24,000 nucleotides of DNA from Halarchaeum nitratireducens (GTDB lineage: Archaea; Halobacteriota; Halobacteria; Halobacteriales; Halobacteriaceae). Numbering within the stretch: the stretch's first letter is position 1; each line of letters begins with the position of its first letter. A program made the translations under genes and the position numbers. Under the pieces are notes generated by a model that had not been told where the DNA came from, searched no databases, and saw only the letters and a program-made list of their open reading frames with translations. Below, one piece after another: positions 8,618 to 15,061 of the stretch. The DNA lies in NCBI RefSeq assembly GCF_014647155.1, contig NZ_BMOQ01000003.1, positions 284,512 through 308,511 on the forward strand, written 5' to 3'.

Positions 8618-9592
8618 GTGAGACGGTTCTCCGCCGACTACCTGACGGCCACCCGTCGCGGGATGTGGGACGATCGGTCGGCGCTCGCGCCGCTCGCCCT
8701 CGACTCGCGGACCCGCATCCTCGACGTCGGGTGTGGCACGGGCGAGTTGACGCGCGTCCTCCGCGAGGAGAGCGACGCCGAGGTGGTCGCCGTCGACGCC
8801 GACTGCGCGCTCCTCGCCGAGGCCGAGGCCGACGCGCGCGCGATGGGCGACGCGACGCGCCTCCCATTCCGCGACGACGCCTTCGACCTCGTCGTCTGCC
8901 AGGCGCTCCTGATCAATCTCCCGGACCCCCGGCGCGCGATCGAGGAGTTCGCGCGCGTCTCCGCGGATCTGGTCGCCTGCGTCGAACCCGACAACGCCGG
9001 GGTCGTCGTGGAGTCGAGCGTCGCGGCCGAGGCCCCGCTGGCGAAGCGCGCACGCGACACCTACATCGCGGGCGTCGAGACGGACGTCACGCTCGGATCG
9101 AGCGCGACCGCGCTCCTCCGCGAGGCCGGTCTTTCGGACGTCGAGGGTCGCCGGTACGAACACGAGCGCACCGTCCAACCGCCGTACGACGCGCCGGCGC
9201 TCGACGCCGCGAAGGCGAAGGCCGCGGGCACCCGGATCGAGGAGCAAGCGCCGACGCTCCGCCGCGGCGGCCTCTCGCGGACCGACGTCGACGACCTCAA
9301 AAGCGAGTGGAAGGCCATGGGACGCGACGTCGTCGACGCGATGGCCGCCGGAGAGTACGAGCGCCGCGCCGTCGTCCCCTTCTACGTCGTCGCGGGGCGG
9401 GTCGAGGCGAGCGACGCCACCCGCGTCGACGGAGACGGACACGGAGACGACGCGGAGCGACCGACGGATGACGGACCGGTGGAGAGAACGACGGATGGCG
9501 GACGCGCCGACGATGCCGAGCGCGCGAGCGAGGCGCGCGACGTGACGGAGACCGACGTCGGACGCGACGCCACCGACGCGCCCGAGCGCTGA
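8618..9592 (+). CDS. Class I SAM-dependent methyltransferase with a long acidic C-terminal tail
   Basis: SAM-binding motif I RILDVGCGTGELT and a post-I acidic residue (VVAVDAD). GTG start at 8618; an in-frame ATG at 8663 is an alternative. The last ~60 aa are low-complexity Asp/Glu/Arg. Confidence 0.8.
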   Translation: MRRFSADYLTATRRGMWDDRSALAPLALDSRTRILDVGCGTGELTRVLREESDAEVVAVDADCALLAEAEADARAMGDATRLPFRDDAFDLVVCQALLINLPDPRRAIEEFARVSADLVACVEPDNAGVVVESSVAAEAPLAKRARDTYIAGVETDVTLGSSATALLREAGLSDVEGRRYEHERTVQPPYDAPALDAAKAKAAGTRIEEQAPTLRRGGLSRTDVDDLKSEWKAMGRDVVDAMAAGEYERRAVVPFYVVAGRVEASDATRVDGDGHGDDAERPTDDGPVERTTDGGRADDAERASEARDVTETDVGRDATDAPER

Positions 9593-9616
9593 ACGGACAG
9601 CGGGCAAGAACGGCGC

Positions 9617-10255
9617 TCACACGACGTCGCCGCGCACCGTCGCGCCGTCCCGTTGCGCCTCGTAGGCGCGCATCGCCTCGGCGGCCGTCGCGGCCTCGTC
9701 GCCGTCGAAGCCGAGCATCCCGAGGGCGTCTTCGAGCGTCGGGAAGGCGAGCGCGCCCGCGCGGAGTTCGTCGAGCGTCTCGTCGTCGCGGCGGCCCTCC
9801 GCATAGAGGCAGACGCCCCGCGGGTCGATCACCTGCTCGTAGCGCCCGCTCTCCCGCGCGCCGTCCGCGCGCTGTGTGACGTTGCGCTCGAAGCCCGTAT
9901 TACACACTTCCAGGTGCACGGGTTCGCCCTCGGGGAGGAGCTGTGCGGCGAGACACCTCTCCGGGGCGACGTAGCCGCTGTCGTCCGTGCGTACCCACTC
10001 GGGGTGTTCGCGCGCCCACTCGGCGTCGACGGTGCGGCCGATCCCCTCCACGCCGTACTCGGCGTCGAGGTCCGGGGCGGGCTCGCCCCCGAGGAGGAGG
10101 TCCTTCGTGACGTACACGTCGAGGCGGGTGAGCGGGTCCTTCCCGAGCGCGACCTCGCCGTACACCCAACACTCGGTGACGGGGACGGGGAGGTCGCCGT
10201 CGCTCACCGCATCGAGGACGGCCTCGACGCGATCCAGCGCGGCGTCGCGGTCCAT
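9617..10255 (-). CDS. Acidic hypothetical protein (212 aa)
   Basis: I chose the ATG at 10255 (MDRDAALDRVEAVL...). The track start at 10411 overlaps the tetR 3' end and is Arg/Ser-rich. Composition is consistently halophilic. Domain not assigned with confidence. Confidence 0.65.
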   Translation of the reverse strand: MDRDAALDRVEAVLDAVSDGDLPVPVTECWVYGEVALGKDPLTRLDVYVTKDLLLGGEPAPDLDAEYGVEGIGRTVDAEWAREHPEWVRTDDSGYVAPERCLAAQLLPEGEPVHLEVCNTGFERNVTQRADGARESGRYEQVIDPRGVCLYAEGRRDDETLDELRAGALAFPTLEDALGMLGFDGDEAATAAEAMRAYEAQRDGATVRGDVV

Positions 10256-10304
10256 ACCCGCTCGACGTGCTCGCGCCACAACGCGTTTTCCCTCCGGCCC
10301 CGGG

Positions 10305-10910
10305 TCACTCGCCGCCGGCGACGAGGTGCGAGCGGACGTAGCTGTCGATCGCCTCTCTGGTGTGCGCGACGGTGTCGCCGTCCCCGAAGAGCACGCTCCG
10401 CGAGCGCGCACCGTCGATCATCACGAGGATCGTCTCGGCGGCGCGCTCGGGATCGACGTCCCGGAACGCGCCCGTCTCGATTCCCTCGGCGATCGTGTCG
10501 GCGAGCAGCGTGACGAGCCGGCGATCGTTCGCCGTGAACGCCTCTTGATACGCCTCGACGTACGGGACCTGCGAGCGGAATTCGAGCATCGCTATCTGGA
10601 ACTCCTCGGACTTCTCGGGCCCCGAGAGGAGGATGTCGACGAGGGTGGTGAGTCGCTCGCGCGGGTCGTCGCTGTCGTCCGTCTCCTCGACCTTCGTGAG
10701 AAAGCCGTCGAGGAGGTAGTCGAGGAACGCTACCAACAGCTCCTCTTTCGTGTCGTAGTGGTAGTGGATGAGCGACTTCGACTTCGAGAACTCGTCGGCG
10801 ATGGCCTGCATCGTCAGGTCCGCGTACCCGTGTTCGCACAGCGCTCGGTACGTCGCCTCCATGATGGCCGTCTGCGTCTCCGAGCGTTCCGCTCCCATAT
10901 CCTCGCCCAT
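10305..10910 (-). CDS. TetR/AcrR family transcriptional regulator
   Basis: N-terminal HTH IMEATYRALCEHGYADLTMQAIADEFSKSKSLIHYHYDTKEELL. The second ATG at 10898 fits leaderless spacing from the AT-rich palindrome better. Confidence 0.92.
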   Translation of the reverse strand: MGEDMGAERSETQTAIMEATYRALCEHGYADLTMQAIADEFSKSKSLIHYHYDTKEELLVAFLDYLLDGFLTKVEETDDSDDPRERLTTLVDILLSGPEKSEEFQIAMLEFRSQVPYVEAYQEAFTANDRRLVTLLADTIAEGIETGAFRDVDPERAAETILVMIDGARSRSVLFGDGDTVAHTREAIDSYVRSHLVAGGE

Positions 10911-10913
10911 TGC

Positions 10914-10933
10914 TTGACTAATCGATTAATCAA
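10914..10933. promoter_or_regulatory. 20-bp near-perfect palindrome TTGACTAATCGATTAATCAA; candidate TetR operator overlapping the tetR TATA region
   Basis: 9 of 10 positions are self-complementary. It lies immediately upstream of tetR in the tetR/ncsA divergent spacer. TetR regulators typically bind palindromes overlapping their own promoters. Confidence 0.55.
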
Positions 10934-11020
10934 ACACGAAAGCGTATCGGTTCCCGCCGTCTTCCGTGCCCGCCCGCGTCTCCGCAACGGTCAAACGCGC
11001 GCGTCGACAACGGGGACGCG

Positions 11021-11992
11021 ATGGAGTGCACGAAGTGCGACCGCGAGGCGGTCATGCACGCGGCGTACTCGGGGAATCACCTGTGCGAACGTCACTTCCG
11101 CGAGTCCGTCGAGCGCCGCGTCCGCCGCCGCGTCCGCGAGGACGACCTCCTGTCGAGCTCGGCGACGCCCGCGGACCCCCAGACGTGGCTGATCGGCCTC
11201 TCCGGCGGGAAGGACTCGGTCGTGCTCACGCAGATCCTCCACGAGACGTTCGCCGACGACCCCCGCGTCGAGCTCGTCGCGCTCACCGTCCACGAGGGGA
11301 TCGCCGGCTACCGGGACAAGAGCGTCGACGCCTGCGAGGCGCTCACCGACGAACTCGACATCGACCACGAGATCGTCTCGTACGCTGAGGAGTTCGACGT
11401 CGAGATGGACGACGTCGTCGACTCCGACCCGGAGAACATGGCCGCCTGCGCCTACTGCGGCGTCTTCCGACGCGATCTCCTCTCCACGTACGCGCAGGGG
11501 TACGAGGCGGACAAACTCCTCACCGGCCACAACCTCGACGACGAGGCCGAGACCGCGCTGATGAACGTCCTCGAAGGGAACGTCGAGCAGATGGCGAAGC
11601 ACTTCGACGCCTCGCTGGGCCCCTTCGACGAGCGCAACGCCCAGGGCGGGATGACGCCGCGCGCGAAGCCGCTGCGCGACGTCCCCGAGAAGGAGGTCGC
11701 CCTCTACGCCCAACTGCGCGACCTCCCCGTCCACATGGCCGAGTGCCCGCATTCGAGCGAGGCGTTCCGGGGCGAGATCCAGGACCTCCTCCTCTCCCTG
11801 GAGGAGGCCCACCCGGGCACCCGACACAGCATCATGGCCGGCTACGAGGAGCTGGCCGCGATGGCCGCCGACCGCTACCGGAGCGCGGGGAGCGAATCCG
11901 ACCTCGACGAGTGCGCGTCGTGCGGCGCGCCGACGACGCGCGAGATCTGTCGCAAGTGTTACCTCGTCGAGGCCGTCCACGCCGCGGACTGA
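11021..11992 (+). CDS. ncsA: tRNA 2-thiolation PP-loop ATPase (Ncs6/Ctu1/TtuA family; NcsA in haloarchaea)
   Basis: N-terminal zinc finger CTKCDRE...HLCERHF, PP-loop LIGLSGGKDSVVL, central CAYCGVFRR, C-terminal CASCG...CRKC. Confidence 0.92.
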   Translation: MECTKCDREAVMHAAYSGNHLCERHFRESVERRVRRRVREDDLLSSSATPADPQTWLIGLSGGKDSVVLTQILHETFADDPRVELVALTVHEGIAGYRDKSVDACEALTDELDIDHEIVSYAEEFDVEMDDVVDSDPENMAACAYCGVFRRDLLSTYAQGYEADKLLTGHNLDDEAETALMNVLEGNVEQMAKHFDASLGPFDERNAQGGMTPRAKPLRDVPEKEVALYAQLRDLPVHMAECPHSSEAFRGEIQDLLLSLEEAHPGTRHSIMAGYEELAAMAADRYRSAGSESDLDECASCGAPTTREICRKCYLVEAVHAAD

Positions 11993-12002
11993 CGTGACGG
12001 TC

Positions 12003-12062
12003 GCGCGTCCGACGTGTAAGACGCGCGTGCGCCGCTGGCCGTCGACGAGCGCACGCAAAAAG
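12003..12062. terminator. Two GC hairpins plus an oligo-T/A run between convergent ncsA and ftsZ2
   Basis: GCGCGTC (12003-12009) / GACGCGC (12020-12026), and GTGCGC (12027-12032) / GCGCAC (12049-12054). The minus strand reads CCCTTTTTGC about 20 nt after the ftsZ2 stop. Confidence 0.45.
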
Positions 12063-12082
12063 GGACGTGTGGTGAAACGGCG

Positions 12083-13252
12083 TCAGCGGATGACGTCGAG
12101 GCCGTTGTTCTGTTCGAGCTCGCTCTGCCCGCCGTCGCTGTGCGCGCCCTCCCACTCGGACCCGCCGCTGTCGTCGGCCTCGAAGCCCTGCAGTTCCGCG
12201 CGGGACTTATCGGCCTGCTTCTGCGTGGACGGACCGAGCACCTGCGCGGACTGGACGCCGGTCATGATCGCCATGACGCGGACCTTGCCCTTGTAGTTGT
12301 CCTGGATACGCGCGCCCCAGATGACGTTCGCGGAGTTATCGAGGCGCTCGGTGATGTTGTCCGCGATGCCCTCGGCCTCTTTGAGCGTGAGGTCCGGTCC
12401 ACCGGTGATGTGGACGAGCCCGCCCGACGCGCCGCGGTAGTCGACGTCGAGGAGCGGGTGGCTCATCGCGTCCTTCACGACCTCGTCGGTCTTGTTCTTG
12501 TCCTGCGTCTCGCCGACGAGCATCACCGCGACGCCGCCCTGGTTCATGATCGCGGTCATGTCGGCGTAGTCGAGGTTGATGAGCGAGGGTTGGGTGATCG
12601 TCTCCGAGATCCCTTTGACGGTCTCCGCGATGATCTGGTCCATCACGGAGAACGCCTTGCCGATCGGGAGGTTCGGGACGTAGTCGAGGAGTCGGTTGTT
12701 GTCGAGGACGATGATGGAGTCCGCCTCGTCGCGGAGCTTCTCCAGTCCTTCCTCGGCTTTCACCGTGCGGGCGCGCTCGACGTTGAACGGCGTCGAGACC
12801 ATCCCGACGACGATGGCGCCCTGTTCTTTGGCGATCTTGGAGACGACGGGCGCCGCGCCGGTGCCCGTCCCGCCGCCCATGCCCGCGGTGACGAAGACGA
12901 GGTCGGCGTCGCCGAGGACCTCCTTGATCGTGCCCTGGGCCATCTCGGTGGCGCGCTCGCCCATCGAGGGGTCCCCACCCGCACCGAGGCCGTTCGTCAG
13001 GGATTTCCCGACGAGGATCTTCGTGTCGGCCTCGATCATCTGCAGGTGCTGTTTGTCGGTGTTGATGGCGACGGTGTCCGCGCCCTCGACCCCGATGTTG
13101 TACAGCCGATTGACCGTGTTGTTCCCGGCGCCGCCACAGCCGATGATGACGATTCGGGGATCCCCGAACTCGCTGTCATCGCTGTCGACGTCGCTCAGGT
13201 CCCGCTGTTCTGCCTCGGCGTTTTCGAGGGCGTCGTTGACGATATCTTGCAT
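12083..13252 (-). CDS. ftsZ2: Cell division protein FtsZ (FtsZ2 paralog, judged from the cdrS-ftsZ2 operon context)
   Basis: Tubulin/FtsZ signatures [38 protein letters not shown]. The ATG at 13252 is 3 nt from the stop of the small RHH gene. FtsZ identity is near certain; the paralog call rests on synteny. Confidence 0.9.
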   Translation of the reverse strand: MQDIVNDALENAEAEQRDLSDVDSDDSEFGDPRIVIIGCGGAGNNTVNRLYNIGVEGADTVAINTDKQHLQMIEADTKILVGKSLTNGLGAGGDPSMGERATEMAQGTIKEVLGDADLVFVTAGMGGGTGTGAAPVVSKIAKEQGAIVVGMVSTPFNVERARTVKAEEGLEKLRDEADSIIVLDNNRLLDYVPNLPIGKAFSVMDQIIAETVKGISETITQPSLINLDYADMTAIMNQGGVAVMLVGETQDKNKTDEVVKDAMSHPLLDVDYRGASGGLVHITGGPDLTLKEAEGIADNITERLDNSANVIWGARIQDNYKGKVRVMAIMTGVQSAQVLGPSTQKQADKSRAELQGFEADDSGGSEWEGAHSDGGQSELEQNNGLDVIR

Positions 13253-13255
13253 CTC

Positions 13256-13429
13256 TTACACCTTCGCCCAGCTGCGCTTTTCGTTCGACTTCGAGTCGGT
13301 CTGTTCATCTAGCATCTCGCGGACCGCCGAGCGGATGGCCTCCGAGCGATTCGGGTACTTCCCGAGCTCGACCATCTCCTCGACCTCCTCGATCTGCTGC
13401 TTCGGAATCCGGAGTGTCACACGCTCCAT
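13256..13429 (-). CDS. cdrS: Small ribbon-helix-helix (CopG-like) transcription regulator CdrS, 57 aa
   Basis: [40 protein letters not shown] is a canonical RHH. It lies 3 nt upstream of ftsZ2 on the same strand, the arrangement published for Halobacterium salinarum and Haloferax volcanii cdrS-ftsZ2. I chose the ATG at 13429 over the track start at 13480. Confidence 0.88.
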   Translation of the reverse strand: MERVTLRIPKQQIEEVEEMVELGKYPNRSEAIRSAVREMLDEQTDSKSNEKRSWAKV

Positions 13430-13519
13430 TGTTGATCTTCCCCTGCAAGACGGACGGTCCTTCGGTGTCTTACACAGCATCCCGAACCGGGCGCACCGAC
13501 GCGGACCCGGCCGATCTAC

Positions 13520-13539
13520 CGTAAGACCTCCGTCTTACG
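13520..13539. promoter_or_regulatory. Perfect palindrome CGTAAGAC-CTCC-GTCTTACG; candidate RHH operator, or a 5' hairpin of the cdrS-ftsZ2 leader
   Basis: 8-bp arms with a 4-nt spacer, located about 27-45 nt downstream of the TATA box at 13564-13570. That places it at or just after the predicted transcription start. Confidence 0.5.
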
Positions 13540-13563
13540 TACGCACAACGACAACGGACCTGC

Positions 13564-13570
13564 ATAAATA
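13564..13570 (-). promoter_or_regulatory. TATA box (minus strand TATTTAT) for the cdrS-ftsZ2 operon
   Basis: Strongest AT-rich box in the spacer. It predicts a start near 13540 and a leader of about 110 nt before the cdrS ATG. Confidence 0.45.
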
Positions 13571-13597
13571 GTTAATGGCTGTGTAAACGATTGTGTC

Positions 13598-14143
13598 TTA
13601 CCGATCGAGGACGTCGCCCGCCATCGTCCGACGCCCGCAGTCCGGGCAGAACGCCCAATCCGAGCGGAGGTCCGCGCCGCACTCGCACGCCGGCCGTCCG
13701 GCCGCCCGCTCCCCGCAGTTCGGGCAGAACGAGTGCGCCGCCGCCAGCTCCTCGCCGCACTGTGGACACGTTCGCGCGTCCGACTCCGCCGCGCCCGCCG
13801 CGTCCGACACGGACTTCGAGCCGTCGTCGGTCCTGCGCACGCCCCCGCGTGCGCGTTCGCTCGCCGTCGCGGGCGCGTCCGACATCTCGCCGACGTTCAC
13901 GTTCACGGTCACGTCGCCGTCGTCCCCCTTGCGGTGACGCGCGACCCGCTCGTCCACCCGTTCGTCGATCCGCGCGTCGAGCAGCGCGTCGAGACTTCCC
14001 GACCCCGCGTCCGACGTCGCCTCGCCCGGGTCGTCGTCAAGGTACGCCCGGAGCGCGCGGCGCATCACCTCGCTCTTCGACGCATCGAGCGCCTCGACGC
14101 GCTCGACGAGGTCCGCGTCGGCCCGGAACGTGATCTTCGACAT
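13598..14143 (-). CDS. cdrL: Ribbon-helix-helix regulator with C-terminal double zinc-ribbon (CdrL-like)
   Basis: N-terminal RHH MSKITFRADADLVERVEALDASKSEVMRRALRAYL, an acidic linker, and C-terminal CPQCG..CPNCG and CECG..CPDCG pairs. It sits directly upstream of cdrS-ftsZ2, as published for cdrL. An upstream ATG at 14173 is an alternative start. Confidence 0.8.
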   Translation of the reverse strand: MSKITFRADADLVERVEALDASKSEVMRRALRAYLDDDPGEATSDAGSGSLDALLDARIDERVDERVARHRKGDDGDVTVNVNVGEMSDAPATASERARGGVRRTDDGSKSVSDAAGAAESDARTCPQCGEELAAAHSFCPNCGERAAGRPACECGADLRSDWAFCPDCGRRTMAGDVLDR

Positions 14144-14246
14144 GCGATATCGGGTCGTACGACGCCCGCCCATTTGAAACTACACCCTGACACCGGTGGC
14201 GAATGAGAAGTCTTAAATTCGTACCGCGGCCTACGTTTCGATGCGC

Positions 14247-14320
14247 CCGCCCTTAGCTCAGACTGGTAGAGCAGCCGACTGTAGATCGGCTTGCCCCCCG
14301 TTCAAATCGGGGAGGGCGGA
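14247..14320 (+). tRNA. tRNA-Tyr(GUA): tRNA-Tyr (anticodon GTA), 74 nt, no intron, CCA not encoded
   Basis: Manual cloverleaf. Acceptor CCGCCCT/AGGGCGG with discriminator A. D arm GCTC-AGACTGGT-AGAGC. Anticodon arm GCCGA-CTGTAGA-TCGGC. 5-nt variable loop. T arm CCCCG-TTCAAAT-CGGGG. Confidence 0.93.
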
Positions 14321-14496
14321 TCCTCCTTCCCGTCGATTCCACGCAGAAGTGGAAACGCCGTAAACTTCCCGTAGGTGGCCCTTTGGCGTCTGTTTATCTA
14401 TCTTCGACGAGCACCCGAAACGGTGAGTCGAACGGGAGACCTGTCGGGTCAATCATTTCCTCTCATTCGACGCAGACGGCGTCAAACCGTTGACGA

Positions 14497-15018
14497 GTGG
14501 TAATTTTTCACTCTCTGCATACCGAAGTATTATCCTCGGTGGGGCGAAACCGTCCCGGTGCAGTGATCCTGGTTGCCGGTCCGGACGCGTCTCTCGTCGC
14601 TGGGTTCGACGAGCGGTGCGTCCACGTCGAGTCGCTCGCTGCCGTACCGGAGCGCGTTCCGGGTGGAACGCTGCTCCTCTTGGACCCGGACGCCGTCGCC
14701 GCCTCCCGCGAGTTCGTGCGGACGGTCCGGGAGCGCGCCGACGGATCGCTCGCCGTCGTCGCCGTCGCGGGGTCGGACGCCTTCGACGCGTCCGCGTACG
14801 ACGGCGTCCTCGCGCCGGACGCCGGTGAGGCGACGGTCCGCCGGATCGTCGATCGTGCGCGCCGGATCGCGGCGTACCGAAACGCGGTCGCGGCCCTCTA
14901 CGAGGCCGAGCGCGGTGAGGGGATCACGGCGGCGCGCGAACGCGCGATGGACCGCTTCGCCGCCCTCCCCGACGACCTCGACGACGACGACGTCGCCGCG
15001 ATCCTCCGGCCGGACTGA
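14497..15018 (+). CDS. Atypical receiver-like domain protein with HalX-like C-terminal helical domain
   Basis: REC-like strand pattern (VILVAGPD, TLLLLDPD, LAVVAVAGSD, DGVLAPD), followed by a helical segment RRIVDRARRIAAYRNAVAALYEAE resembling HalX. The true start is probably the in-frame GTG at 14563, about 30 nt after the TATTAT box at 14529-14534. Confidence 0.6.
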   Translation: MVIFHSLHTEVLSSVGRNRPGAVILVAGPDASLVAGFDERCVHVESLAAVPERVPGGTLLLLDPDAVAASREFVRTVRERADGSLAVVAVAGSDAFDASAYDGVLAPDAGEATVRRIVDRARRIAAYRNAVAALYEAERGEGITAARERAMDRFAALPDDLDDDDVAAILRPD

Positions 15019-15061
15019 CGCGCCCGTATTCCCCGGTATCGGGTGCGCGACGCCGCTTCGC

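Larger units (their letters stand above)
13467..13601. repeat. Four exact copies of the heptamer GTAAGAC/GTCTTAC in the cdrL-cdrS spacer
   Basis: GTCTTAC at 13467-13473, 13532-13538 and 13595-13601; GTAAGAC at 13521-13527. Two copies share the longer core GTAAGACAC on the minus strand. Confidence 0.7.

Noticed and set aside
7007-9607. 866-aa minus-strand ORF, the longest in the track
   Set aside because: Only the last 176 codons (the Bcp peroxiredoxin) look like protein. The rest is Arg/Ala/Gly/Val-rich and runs antisense to the well-supported nfo and methyltransferase genes. This is a typical stop-codon-poor shadow frame in high-GC DNA.
12016-12022. Fifth exact GTAAGAC copy, considered as an independent regulatory site at the ftsZ2 3' end
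   Set aside because: It sits in the loop and stem of a GC hairpin (12003-12026) that is adequately explained as a terminator between the convergent ncsA and ftsZ2 genes. I mention it only as context for the heptamer cluster.
14258-14452. 64-aa minus-strand ORF
   Set aside because: It runs antisense through the tRNA-Tyr gene, and its product is basic with no halophile-like composition.
14336-14476. The repeated 12-mer with a hairpin, considered as a degenerate CRISPR array or an integrase att pair at the tRNA
   Set aside because: There are only two copies, 129 nt apart, and they are imperfect. They do not resemble the haloarchaeal CRISPR repeats I remember. The repeat does not overlap the tRNA 3' end, and no integrase or cas gene is nearby. 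I kept it as a low-interest finding only.
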